64,000 nucleotides of DNA, from assembly GCF_021028975.2 (NCBI RefSeq), contig NC_059426.1, positions 116,932,001-116,996,000 of the forward strand, read 5' to 3'. Under the pieces are notes generated by a model that worked only from the letters and a program-made list of their open reading frames with translations, ran no database searches and was not told the origin of the DNA. This DNA comes from Sphaerodactylus townsendi. Its lineage: Eukaryota. Positions 36,451-48,900 of this stretch are shown here, in pieces. Made by a program: the position numbers and the translations under genes. Every line of letters starts with the position of its first letter. Within the stretch, counting starts at the first letter, position 1.

Positions 36451-38063
36451 ATTTCTGTGGCCTGAGAAGACTAAGAACAGGCAGGAGCTACCATGTCTAG
36501 ATAAGAGGAAAGGGAAGTGACTTGGAGGCAAAGAACAGATCGTTGGCTCTCCCCACCCAACTTAGCAGCAGAACGTTTGCAATATTCTGTTTCGCTATCA
36601 TGAAACAGCAAGACAAAACCAGAACATTAGGAACAGTTGATAATGATGAAGGAATAGTTCTAGAAGCATTTGAAAGCAGTCCAAAGCCTTGACAAACTGA
36701 AACAAAAGTGTATGTCAAACTACACATGAAAACAATGGTCTGTTATTAGCAATGTGTTTCCTTCTTCACCAAGAGATACTGGTCTAGTGTGTTCCTGGCT
36801 AGGAGAACAATACGCTTACAAGGAAACAGCAATTATATAAAACGTTTTCTTGGATATCAACAACCTAAGAACAAGACTACGCCTTTATTGAAAGAATCCG
36901 CACTGAAGTTACCTGATCACAAACAGCAAAAAAGGGCACTTTATTTGAGCATTATACTATCCCCAAATACTCACTTTGCATTCTATAATTTGGCAAACCT
37001 TATTTTTTTTGGATGTCTTTCTGTACCGTGCAATACAATGTGTTATTTTTCCTCCGTCTTTTAATTTTGTAAAAAATCTCTTTCCTTTCGTTTATGCTCT
37101 GCTTTCTTCCCCGGTGGGGTCTCAAAGCAGTTTACATCATTGCCCTTTCCTCCAGTTTTTCATCATAACAACCCTGTGAGGTTGGCTAGTCTGAGTGGGA
37201 CGGGTCCAAGGTCACCTGGCAACTTTACACTGCAGAAGCAGCGCTCCCAACCCAGCAGGCTACCGCTTGTCACACTAACTGCGACTGAAACAAGAGCCCC
37301 AGAAAAGTTCGGCTCCTCCGTTATCAACCAAAGAAGCTTTCACAAGTCAGAGAATCGTGCCGTAAAAGGTATCACGTGGCCAGTAGGCTCCTGGGGATTC
37401 CGACCCTCCTCCCCTTTCTCCCACTTAGGCTCCATTACAGCGCTGGGAATAACATCCCCTCCCCGCCCTCGCCCCGCGCGACTTGGAGCCATTTTACAAG
37501 GCACGGGCCAGAGTTAATTTCGGGGCCGATTCTGGAGCTCGGCCTGCGCGAACTCTCTAACGGAAGAGACTCGGCGTCCGCCCGTCAACAGACTGAGCGG
37601 CCAGGACGAGCCCCGCCCCCTGGGATGGCGACAACGCTCTCCTGCGCTGTCCCCAAACGAGTGGCCAACGTCGCCCGCCCCGAACAAGCCCCCCGTGCCC
37701 TCCTCTTCCCAGCAGTCCAAGAGGAGCCAGACGGGAGAGAGAAAATAGCCTGAGCCACGCGACGGGCTTCCCTGGCGCTCGCTTGCACACTCATGCCCCT
37801 CTCTTTCCCCGCAGCCCCCGGTCCGGGACAGTCACCAGTTGCCCAGGAGAATCTCCTCCTCGGCCTCAGGCCGCCCAACCCCACCCAAGTGGCGCGCGGA
37901 GTGCGGTCAGCACCCTCCTCTCCCCGCTCCTTCGGGCCACCGGGCAAGGGAACGGACAGCGGTCCAGATCCCATGGAGGGAGGCCCAGTTACGAGAGAGT
38001 CCTCCTCCCAGGGCAGCAGACACCTCCTCAACGAGCGCCAGCGAGACTGCCGGGTGCACTTAC

Positions 38064-38185
38064 CGTCGGCTCCCTCCCTGCCCTGCCCGGGCTCCTGGCG
38101 GCCACCGCCCTCGCCTGCCCCGGGGGATCCGCCCGCACCCCGCTTCGCTCCCTCCGCCTCAGGCCGGTTTCGCAAGATGGCTGCG
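38064..38185 (-). other. CELF1: Probable non-coding first exon of CELF1 within the CpG island
   Basis: Consensus donor CG|GTAAGT on the minus strand at 38064/38063, downstream of ETS (CCGGAAG) and YY1 (GCCATCTT) motifs; transcription start is approximate. Confidence 0.6.
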
Positions 38186-38504
38186 CTTCCGGGAGAGACC
38201 ATCGCAGGGCGACTGAGAGAGGCGAGCCAACGGAGAAAGGCGCGCGCTGGAGTCGCAGACCCCCCTCCCCCGCCCTTCTCCCCCGAATGAGCGCGTCCGC
38301 CGCCCCTCTCGGCTCTGCCCTCCTGGCCAGAGCGCTGGAAAACGGCGCTGCCGGCAGGGCTCCCCCTCGAGCCGCCCTCCAGAACCAGACTTTCAACTTC
38401 CTGATCGCCCCTCCGGCCTCCCCCTTTCTTCGCCGCGGAATGGATTCCTCCAGCCGTTTCTTCCACAAACCTCCGCACAGCCGCGAGGCTTCGGGCCCGA
38501 GATA

Positions 38505-38672
38505 ATGATCCCGGCCGCGCTGAGTCCCGGCTTGGCGCGGCTCCTCTTCTACCCGACGCTTCTCTACACGCTGGTGCGGGAGCAGTTGCCCGGGTCGCGA
38601 CGGCCGTGGTTCAGCCGCATCGACCGCGCTGTGGTCCTGGGAGCGCTGCCTTTGCGGGGAAGATGCCGCCAG
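38505..38672 (+). CDS. PTPMT1: PTPMT1 exon 1
   Basis: MIPAALSPGLARLLFYPTLLYTLV...LGALPLRGRCRQ; |gtaacg donor. Confidence 0.93.
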
Positions 38673-41086
38673 GTAACGGGTGTCTCCCGGAGGACCCCGC
38701 CCCCGGTCGAGCCTGCGGGTGCTTTTTCACTTCAGTGCCGGCTGATGTCGCGGGAAAATCGAACAGGGAGTTGCTGGGAGTCCATCATCTCCCTTGTGCC
38801 TCTGATACGCAGATTTTCGATTGGCGAAAGTTTTTCTGGTGGGGACGTAAAGTGACGGGAGAAAGTTCATCGGTTTAACTTATGTAGCAAACAGTTACTT
38901 CGGCACTCCCGCGTCGTAAAAACGTTGGCGACCCTGGAGTGATTTTGTGAATGAAGTCCCAGCCCCAAAGTCACCTTGTGGCTGGCAAAAGAGCTGGTGA
39001 TGCCTGCTTACTAAGGAAAGAGGAAAAGTATTCAACTGAACCCGACAAAAGATTTCAAACTATGAATCCCAGAGCACTTTAAAAAGGTGCTCTATAATAA
39101 CTGTACCTGCTTCGGGTATCCTATTTTTCATTATTATGCATAGTAGTTTGAGTCGGAAGAAACAAATTCCAGGACTAAGCTTTCTTCCACTCTGATTCAA
39201 ATAGCGCACTGTCTGTCCTTGGTACAAAATATACCACGGTGGAGTGATCCACAGTACTACTATGGGCAGTGGTGGGATTCAAATAATTTAACAACTGGTT
39301 GTTTACAAGCACCATTTTAACAACCGGTTCTGCCGACGTGGTGCGAACCTGCTGAATCCCACCACTGACTATGGGAATAAATGAACTGATTAAACAACTT
39401 GTAACTTGACATACATGCATTCAGGATATTCTTTAATTTGAAGCTACAATACTAGTGATTTTGGAAATGCAACTATGCTAAATATGCGCAACATCCCTTT
39501 TTATGATGAAAAATACATAAGGCTTGTAAAAGGGTTACGTAGAGAACCTTGAAATTAAAAATCCCAGGGGAGCTAGTTTTTTATACCCCACTTTTTTTTC
39601 CTTTAAGGAGTCTCAAAGCAGCTTACAATCATGTTCCCTTCCCTCTCCACAAAAGACACTGTGTGAGGTACATGGGGCTGAGACAGCTCTGAGAGAACTA
39701 TGATTAGCCCAACAGGCTTCATGTGGATGAGTAGGGAAACAAACCAGTTCACCAGATTACAGTCCACCATTCATGTGGAGGAGCAGGGGATCAGACCCAG
39801 TTCTCCAGATTAAAGTCTGCTTCTCTTAATCACTATATCACGCTGGTGCTTTCCCTACCTTCCCAATTTTTCTGCACCCTCCTTCTGCTAGTCCAGTGAA
39901 AGTTTATAGTTTGAATATAACAAATGGGTCTTTGGGGGAGGAGGGCTCAGTAGACAAACATAGGATGTTGTTTTGATTCTTCTTCCTGCAGCTGGTAGAA
40001 GAGGAGAATGTGCGAGGTGTGGTCACAATGAATGAAGAATATGAGACTCGCTTTCTGTGCTGCTCTCCCCAGGTGAGTCTTCATTCTGTTGCGAGAAGAG
40101 GTGCCTGGTAGAAAGCTGAAGGGAAAATTTAAACTTAAGCACAGATTCCCAGGCAAGTGTGCGTCATTCCAGCCTGAAGTGTGATTTTATTCTTTTCCCT
40201 ATTGTCTGCCTGAAGTTATCCTTTCAACTTGCCTGTATTTTAAATCAGTGAATCTTGGTTGCATATTCCTTCACCTACCCATTAAAATGATGGCTTTCTC
40301 CTCTAAGACTGTACAGATGATTTGCTGTGTGTTTGTTTTTGCTACCTGCAGGAGTGGAAGGCAATGGGTGTAGAATGCCTGCGCCTTAGCACTGTGGACC
40401 TGATTGGAGTACCCTCATTGGAAAACTTGCAGAAAGGTGTACAGTTTGTACTGAAGCATCGTGAATGTGGAAACAGTGTTTACGTGCACTGCAAAGCTGG
40501 CCGCAGTCGTAGTGCCACTATGGTTGCGGCATATTTAATTCAGGTAAGAATGGGTTCTTTGGTTAATGTCTAGAGAGCATAAATTGCTGTTTTCAAGAAT
40601 GGGATGATATAGAAATCTTCATGGGAAAGTTATTCTGCTCCCATCATTAGTGATTAGGGGACGCTTGCTGTGGCCCTTGAGAAAATCAGAACAGCTAACA
40701 GATGGAATCCCTCCTTGCAAGAGTGAGAGAGAAATTAAGTAAAGCAGTTGTTCTCACTGAGAACTACACCTAGATAAGACCAAAGCAGATCTCAGTTGAG
40801 AGATTGTCATAACTAGCAGGAAGCAATGGGATCCATGGAGAGGAGGAAGAACTATGTATCAACTTCCTTTTATAATTAGTAGTTTTCCCTCTGTGTCACT
40901 TAACCAATGTTAATTTCCATCTCAGTAGAGAATTTCTTTCTATTTACATGTTTTCTAATTTTTTAGCTGCACCAGTGGACTCCTCAAGAAGCAATAGACA
41001 CCATTGCTAAGATTCGGCCTCATATCATCATCCACCAGAAACAGGTACAATTACTAGAGAACTTTTATAGGAACATAACTGTTTGA
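38505..41086 (+). CDS. PTPMT1: Phosphatidylglycerophosphatase and protein-tyrosine phosphatase 1, mitochondrial (186 aa)
   Basis: Exons 38505-38672, 39992-40072, 40352-40543, 40967-41086, all phase 0, GT-AG. Motifs ARLLFYPTLLYT, ENVRGVVTMNEEYET, catalytic loop VHCKAGRSRSAT, IAKIRPHI; stop TGA 41084-41086. Confidence 0.96.
39267..39367. mobile_element. hAT-type MITE (101 bp), TSD ACTATGGG
   Basis: 15-bp TIR CAGTGGTGGGATTCA...TGAATCCCACCACTG; exact 8-bp TSD. Confidence 0.88.
39574..39848 (-). mobile_element. tRNA-derived SINE (Squam3-like)
   Basis: Reverse-complement homology to 33551-33847. Confidence 0.72.
39992..40072 (+). CDS. PTPMT1: PTPMT1 exon 2
   Basis: LVEEENVRGVVTMNEEYETRFLCCSPQ; cctgcag| acceptor, |gtgagt donor. 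Confidence 0.95.
40352..40543 (+). CDS. PTPMT1: PTPMT1 exon 3 (catalytic HCKAGRSRS loop)
   Basis: Within ORF 40322..40573; cag| acceptor, |gtaaga donor. Confidence 0.96.
40967..41086 (+). CDS. PTPMT1: PTPMT1 exon 4 (terminal)
   Basis: LHQWTPQEAIDTIAKIRPHIIIHQKQVQLLENFYRNITV*; ttttag| acceptor. Confidence 0.93.
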   Translation: MHQWTPQEAIDTIAKIRPHIIIHQKQVQLLENFYRNITV

Positions 41087-41258
41087 ACTCCTGCAGAAGG
41101 AAGACAAGAACCACCAAAGGCAGAGGATGGACTGGCAGGTGGACAGGAATGCTCACTGCCAGGAGAGCAAAAGCCACCAGAATATACACAAGATCCCTCT
41201 TGGAATTCATCTGATTTGTAACATTCTGTTGATTATAAACAGGAATGGCTTCTCTACC

Positions 41259-41264
41259 AATAAA
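41259..41264 (+). terminator. Candidate PTPMT1 polyadenylation signal AATAAA
   Basis: First AATAAA after the stop; GU/U-rich sequence follows at ~41317-41340. Confidence 0.55.
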
Positions 41265-41452
41265 TAATCTTCCCACTGCCTAAGAACATGAGCATCCAGT
41301 AACTCTTGCCCTTAATGTTGATTGTGTTTTACCGCTCTTTCTCTGGGGTTAACAGCCCTTCCTTGTTACATAACAGATTTGTGTGATTGCTCTTGTCAGT
41401 ACTTCCTTCACAAATACAGGGATAAAACCACACTGTTGTCCCAGTAGAGACC

Positions 41453-41458
41453 TTTATT
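41453..41458 (-). terminator. Candidate KBTBD4 polyadenylation signal AATAAA
   Basis: TTTATT on the plus strand, ~660 nt past the KBTBD4 stop. Confidence 0.5.
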
Positions 41459-42121
41459 AAGAATTTCACCTAAGAGACTGACAGCATCCACAAGTAGTTT
41501 TGACACTATTCCTCTCTATAACATGCTCTTTTGCATAAGCCATAGTAAGAGGATGAGACCTCTAGTAGCCAGGCAGGAGACTTCAGCTGGCATGTTGGCA
41601 TCAAGGAAAGCTTTACTTTTTCTGCTGGGAGGTAATATACTGAGGAATAGTGGTCTCATTTACTCTCAGTAGAACTAAGTCAACAGCAGTGTTAAGTAGC
41701 TCTAGCTAAACAGCTGTCTTCCACAGCCCAAGTGAGCCCTTCACAAGAAACCACTTATCTGGCAGTTACAGCTGAGGGACTTTATACATCTGTAGGACCT
41801 GAAACACAAAACTCTAGATTGTAGAAAGAGTTCATCTATATTGTAGAGGGCTTGCTGGTGATAAAGGGTGTACATCTAAGAAGCCTCTTAACTATGTGGC
41901 TTTCAGACACAAGAAGCTTAACATCAGGGGATCACAGTGATAGCAATACTTCAGTTAGGACCCAGACTGTGGCAAATTAAGCTTGGCAGCAGCAGCTGAT
42001 AAAAGAAGAACTCTTCTAAAGTACCGTGATCTGCCTTGGGAAGCAGGAGCTAGGTTATCTAGGTATCTCTGAGCTGCTTCATGGAATGTCTCCATTGATC
42101 GGGCCTGGAGATATTCTTCCC

Positions 42122-42982
42122 TCAGGCAAGCACAAACTGCAAATTGGTAAGTAGCACTTTGAGACCACAGGTATCAGTTACCACAGAAGTGGCTGGATTG
42201 AGTTTGAAGGTGTTGGCATCCCCTTTCTTGTAGCGATCTCGGAAGATATAGATGTTACCATTACAACTAGCAATTTTCCAAAGGGTGGGTTCTGAACTCC
42301 AGGCATCTGGCAGACAGAGTCGGGTAAAGCTATCCAGGAGAGGGTTATAACACATCAGTGAGTCCCCCTCTGCTACTATGAACACCAAGTCCTTGTGCAC
42401 AGCAGCATGCATGAGCCCCGCAAAGGGTAACACATATGGCTTCACATAACATTTCTCTGTGTTGGTGTCATAGCACTGGATAAGCCGAGAGGGCTTGGTA
42501 AAGAAGTCAAGGTCATTCTCTTCCCCACCCAACAAATAAATAATGCCATTGAGATTTACACCTGCAGCTCCAGAAACTGCTACTTCAAGCTGACTAGTCT
42601 CTGTCCATACATTGTCTCTTACTCTGTAATATATGACAGCATTAGAGAGAATGTCCTGCAGTGTCTTTCCACCCAGCGAATAGATTACATCCTTACTGGG
42701 AACAGAGACCATTGTATGTTGAAGCCTGTCTCGGGGCAGGGGAGCACACCATTCCCAGTCTACCGTCGTGTTGTTGCATTTCCACATGCGTCGGGGGATG
42801 GAGCCTCCAACAACGTAGAGATCACTGCCATGCTTGCAGGCTGCAGTGATTTGGTGGCACAAGCTGTTCTGACCTCTAACACTGATGGAGTCATCATCTC
42901 CACAGTGCAGAGATACAGCAAGTGAGTGTGTACGTGACGACTCCTTCCCAATCAAGTAGATGTGAACATTTTCTCCAATTTC
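42122..42982 (-). CDS. KBTBD4: KBTBD4 terminal exon (kelch repeats)
   Basis: Contains ORF 42122..42955; cttag| acceptor. Confidence 0.96.
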   Translation of the reverse strand, partial: EIGENVHIYLIGKESSRTHSLAVSLHCGDDDSISVRGQNSLCHQITAACKHGSDLYVVGGSIPRRMWKCNNTTVDWEWCAPLPRDRLQHTMVSVPSKDVIYSLGGKTLQDILSNAVIYYRVRDNVWTETSQLEVAVSGAAGVNLNGIIYLLGGEENDLDFFTKPSRLIQCYDTNTEKCYVKPYVLPFAGLMHAAVHKDLVFIVAEGDSLMCYNPLLDSFTRLCLPDAWSSEPTLWKIASCNGNIYIFRDRYKKGDANTFKLNPATSVVTDTCGLKVLLTNLQFVLA

Positions 42983-45900
42983 CTAAGGAATAAAAGGTAT
43001 CTTCATCAGCTTCAGATCTGTCTTTTGCAAAGAAATTCAACAAGCAAATCATTACTTTCAGAAAATAAACTTTGACACCTTCATTGCAGAGGGAACACCT
43101 GCGAACTGCAAAAATGTACCTACACAGGTAGGAAACTCAGCTGACTCAAGACTATTCAGACCTCACCAACCCTATTCAGACCAATTGCCACTGACTAGAT
43201 GATTCTAACATCCATGAAAAGCTTCCCAAGTTTTCAGTTGTGGCAATACATCTCTTCTGTTCAGCATAGTGATCACAGTTAAGCATGTGTATGAGAGACA
43301 GAAATAACAGTGAACTGTACTTAACCATGTACCTTTAAACTTGATCGCAGTATCTCTGAGAAACCTGAACGTTCTTCTTTATTGAAGTTGATCCAGGTTT
43401 CAATGGCAGCAGTTGGATTCTGGGAACATGGAACCCCATCTGAATATTTGCAAAGACAAGAAGTTGTCAGATAACTTAGGTAGGGCTAGCACTCCCTTCA
43501 GATATATCACGTTATTTCTTAAGTATCAGGTGCTCTTGCATGTTACTGTTCCTCTTGTAGAGGTGACCTGTGACTTCATCACTAGCCATAGGAGCAGACC
43601 CCAATTTCTCTCCCTGCAGTTAGGGAGAGCAGACATTAGGAAGATGTTCCTTGTGCCTTAGTCCTGGAGAGGGGTTTATACTTCGTAGAGATTTACTAAG
43701 GACACAGAGCACAGTTGCAATAACCTTTCACTGTGTGGCGTAGTGGTTAGAACGTCAAACTAGGATCTAAGAAACCAGATTCGAATCCCAATTCTGCCAT
43801 GAAGCTTGCTATGTGATCTTGGGCCAGTGATATACTCTTAGCCTAATCTCCATCACAAGGCTCTTGTGAAGGTAGAAGGAAGGAAAGGAGAATGAGGTAA
43901 GCCACCTTGGGTTCCCACCAGGAAGAAAGGTGAGGCATACATGAAATAAATAAGTATCCAACACACATTCCAAAGATTTAAGGGCCCTTCCTAAGAAGGA
44001 CAAGTGATTTCCATCAATTCTGATTTCCTCCTGCAGAACCCTACTTTGGTGAAAAATACTATGCCCTCACATGCTCATTAAGTCTTTGGAATGTGTGGTT
44101 GAATACTGGATGGAGTCTCCAATAGTTTAAGAGACTCATCTGCCTTGGCTAGTTGTGAACGTCTTCAGCATATTTTCAGAGACAATTCAAATAATTGGAC
44201 TACTAAAAAAATTAATCAAGCGTACCAAATCTTAATATTTTTCAAGCTGCTCATGAATTGTAGAAGCTATTGTGAAAATAATGACAGAAGTCCAAGATGG
44301 ATAGATGTACTACTGGATACCATTTAAACATTCATCTTCCTGGCACTCAGGACTGCGGGCCTTTACTTCTGCGGGAGTGTGCACTGTGTGAGGCTGATCC
44401 CATTACTAATAATAAGACCAACCATTGCAGTCAAAATTAATGGGAATTTCAGTTCAGAAACTGTGTTGGTGGGCCAGGCAACACACACTAAATGCAGCTC
44501 AGTATTTTAAAATGCGTGCCCTGAAGCTTTCTTATTTTTCACTGGGTTTAGCCAAACTTCAAATGCTGGTACTGACTGTGGCTCAAATAGAAATCCTTCC
44601 TTCTATGTTCATCATGTGTCTATTTCAGATTTTCAAAGTCTGTCTCAATAAAATTTGTAACACAGTAGGTACAAAACCTAAGAATGTACCGGTAATTAAA
44701 ACCCCAAAACATTGATCTATGTGCTGTTTGGTGGTGGACAGTGCCATCAAGTCACAATCAACTTAAGATGACCCCATAGGGCCGTGGTGGCGAACCTTTG
44801 GCACTCCAGATGTTATGGACTACAATTCCCATCAACCCCTTCCAGCATGGCCAATTGGCCATGCTGGCAGGGGCTGATGGGAATTGTAGTCCAAAACATC
44901 TGGAGTGCCAAAGGTTCGCCACCACTGCCATAGGGTTTTCAAGGCAAGAGATGTTCAAAGGTGGTTTGCCATTGCTTGCCTCTATGGAGATTCTAACCAG
45001 AGTCAACTCTCTTAGATCCTGAGATCTGACAATACTGGGCTAGCAAACCATCCAATTTGATTAAAACTTTCTAATTTACATTATTTAGACCTGTATTAAG
45101 ACCATTTGCTTAGTGAATTCCATGTAACAAACAATTGGGCTGGAACATATCCTGCCTCTCTGATCTGGAACATATCTTGCCACTCCATTAAGAGCAAAAA
45201 GTAATTTTCAGGAACTTGGTTCCCCCAACTCCATTCAGGACAAAGGAAAAGCAGCCAGGCATTTCTTTTGTATTCTGCCCGGCCTTCAATGGGGCCTCTG
45301 GCTCGGAGGCAAATTTATGTCCCTGTTAGCTTATCTGAACTGGCCTCTCACCACTTCTTGCTCCCCCTGAAACAATTATTTTGATGCTGACAGTGCCTCA
45401 GTTATAAGAAGGTTTAAGACACATGCCATGTAAATGCTCCCTCAGCCAGCTAATACTCTCTAATGGGGCTCAACAGATGGCAGCCTGAGTAATTAAAATA
45501 ATGTCCATTTGAAATTCTCAGCCAGGATACAGTACAGAGAAATCAGATGGAGGCCTGAGTTCCTGTGTCACATAGAGACGGGGGGCCCCCTCTCTAAGTT
45601 GTCCCTGCCCTGAGACTAATAAAAATACTAAGAAAGAGAAACATTATGACCAAAGGCTGATGAGCTTCGTCCTCCTTGTAATTTAAAACTGGGGCATAAG
45701 AATCTATCCCAGCCAAGCCACAACACTGCATTTCTGGCACATTTCTATAGGGTTAGCTAAGTATAGGAAAGTTTCCAATGTTTCCTACAGGTATTGTTAA
45801 AATACTGAAATCTATCAGTCATATGGATCTGTTTCCCTAATAGCAGCACATTCTGTCAGGTCAAAGAGCTATCGTTTAATAATCTAAATTCCTAGTTATG

Positions 45901-48900
45901 GCCTGCTGAATGGAACTCCCCAAAGCTGCACTATAGAACCAAAGTATCCTGAAGAAGAGCACAGAGTGGCTCTTGAGGTCTAAGGAACAGAAAGGAATTC
46001 AAAGCCTCAGGTGGTAAGAATAGGTTAGAAGCCAATATATTAAATTTCCTATGGTAGAAAGCTGTAGCTCTTCTAACTAGGGTTGAAGGAGTCATAGGGC
46101 ACCTGAAAGATGATTTGAACTGTGATCTGAACTGAATTATACCATGGCATTTAGTCAATCAATTATTACTTCCTATGTGGTGTATAGTGGCTTTCATTTA
46201 AATCCTAGTGACACATCTTGTTACTCACCGACTGCTGCTTTAGAATAGCATTATGAATCAAATCAATTATCTCATATTTCACACGTGCAAATATAATTTA
46301 CATAAATATGGCACGTAAATTCTTTCTCACTGATTGCAGCCAACTAGAATAAGTGCAAACTCTAAGAGAAATACTGGAATACTGGGGTGGATCCACTGGC
46401 AAACTTTGCAAGAGTTACTAGCCCCCTCTCTCCCCTCCCCAGAAGCTTGCTGCTTATAAAGGTAGCTGAGGAGATAGTTTTGCCTAATGTCCCTCCTCAC
46501 GGCAGTACCTTCTACTTTCATTCTCAGAGAGGATTTCTGGTACAAATAACAGGCTACTGGGGAGAAACTAATCCAACTAATTCAGCACATTTACCTGCTC
46601 AATCCATCCATTAACCTTAAGAATCCAAAATAATAAATTTGTACTTTAAGTCCCTCCAAAAATAAAGGTTTTCCATAGGAGCATTTTGTTTTTAACTGTA
46701 CAGATCCATCATTTACAACTAATTTAACTGTTCAGATCCATCATTTACAACTAATTTTACATAATTTCACTAATTAATGAGATCAAAAATCTTGCTCTAC
46801 CTTTAATTGAAAATATAACGTCTGACTACTCCACACTATTTCTAAAGTACCTAGACTGATGAAATCTCTGCTTACCCTTTCACATGAGAACTTTATCTCA
46901 TGTTTCCCTCATGGCTGCTGTCAGTAACTGCTCTACCAACCTGTGAGAATATCTGTCAAGAGACGGATAGGAAGATGTAGAAACTCCTCTGTTTCCTGAA
47001 GCTGTGATAAGTATGACTTGGCACAATGTTTGGCAGCAGTGTAGAGCTTCACATCACTGTGCTGATCAGCCAGCCACATAATCTGCAGACAGTTCCTCAC
47101 GTGTACTGTTCGAGCCAAAAAACGGGAACATTCCTCAAAAAGTGCAGTTAGCTGGTACATATCTGCTACCTCATAAGTCTCTTGCAAATCTTCTGTCCGT
47201 AGCTTTACAGCTCCATGATAAATATAGTCCACCAGCAGCTGAAATACGCTCTCACTAATATCTTGTAACTCAATCACCCGGTTATGTGCCTCCTTCAGAT
47301 TGGAAGTGAACATAGAACGAAAGAAGCAACTCTGAGCTGAGAGGACTAGTCGATGCAGTTGGAATTCTTTGCCTTCTACAGAGATAGTGACATCTGCAAA
47401 AAGTTCATCCTCTAGGCATAGCTTCATAATTCCCTGGGCAACTCTGCATGAGTGAGAACGGTCAGTGAAAGTGTAATTCAAAAAGTAGTTTTCCTCTGCA
47501 GAGGAACTTCCTGTTTCTTCTGTTGATGAACCTCCAGCCTCCTCTGAAGAGTCCATGTTGTTGCCAAGATGTGATTTCCAATCTGAAAAACAACAGTCAT
47601 TGGAATTTCTTTGTCATAGACTTATCTGACAACTAAGGATAACAAGTAAGAAGTTCACATGGTTGAATCTGAATTGGCATGGACCACAGCAGCATAACAT
47701 CTGTATCTTATGTGCATCCCAGTGCATACTACTGGGCTCCTGTCAATCTCTTGCAACAAATCATCACAGAATCAAATACTTCAGCGTGAGACATACTGTG
47801 TCTTATTTATAAAGCTTCAGAAATTGCTGGACTTCATGGAGTATGGAGGATACTAGACAAACATTCTACTTTAGTTCAATAGAACACTGCCCTAAAGACA
47901 GCATTTCTTAATTGAAGTGTTTTGTATGTCCTGTATGTGTTCAAAATGCCAGGAGCTGTGAAATAAAAAAATACTGGTTTGATTCAAAATACTGGTTTGA
48001 TTCAAATTTCCAGAAATTTTAGATCATCAAGGTTGCTGTGTGTTTTATTTTTTATTTAATGTGCAGTTTTACAGGTATGTTGCTGAAGACCTTTCTCTTC
48101 ATCCAGGCATTCGGTTAGCCTCCATGGAAACTTCCTCCACAGCTGCTACTTTGAGCAGGTGGGGTTATTTTGATGTGATTTTTATTGCTCTTATAATTGT
48201 TATATTTTATGTATGATGTTTTATTGTGCTTTTTATTGTTTTTCAATTTTTGTACAGTCTCTAGTATGAGGCAGGATATAAATATGAATAAAAATGCTAG
48301 GCAAAAAGAAAGAGGAGGCTGAATGGGTAACTGAACTGTTATGATTGGGTGGTAGCTGTACGCTAAGGGGAAGAGTTGATTGGTATGCAGAGTTTGTTCA
48401 GTGTCTATGGGGAAAGAAAATAATGGAATAAGATGCTGTGGAGAATGAGAGAAATATTTATTCTGTGTGGAAGTAATTAGCCTAATTGGTAAGTGAGGAA
48501 AATAAGCCTCTGTGGCTAGGTCTATTTAAAGTAAAGGTAAAGTTTCTCCTTCAGTTGTGTCTGACCCTGGGGCACCACTGCGAGCAGTGATTTCATAGGC
48601 AAGCCTCTTTTGTGGGGTAGTTTGCCACTGCTTTCCCCGGCTATTCTTTACCCCCGAGCTATGTGCTAGGTACTCATTTACCGACCAAGGAATGGATGGA
48701 TGGCTGAGTTGACCATGAGCCAGCTGCCAGAATATCTGACCCACAGGGGGCTCAAACTCCTGACCGTGTGAGTGGCAGTGCAAGCACTTAACCACTATGC
48801 CACGCGGCTCCTAGGTCTACTTAAGGAACTTCAAATAAAGAACAACTGTACCTATCTGAAGCCATTATGCTTATTAACCATTCAGAAGCTGTTATGCTAT

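Larger units (their letters stand above)
37500..38900. promoter_or_regulatory. CpG island; head-to-head promoter of CELF1 and PTPMT1
   Basis: High GC and CpG density against a CpG-depleted background; YY1 motif AAGATGGC at ~38174, ETS motif CTTCCGG at ~38186, GC boxes; PTPMT1 ATG at 38505. Confidence 0.88.

Noticed and set aside
22150-37400. Additional CELF1 5' UTR exons (e.g. donor-like GTGAGT on the minus strand at ~25420)
   Set aside because: Non-coding exons cannot be placed reliably from splice motifs alone.
37376-38505. Overlapping long ORFs (297, 240, 165, 146 aa) on both strands
   Set aside because: Low-complexity G/P/R/A translations expected from stop-poor CpG-island DNA; no recognisable domain.
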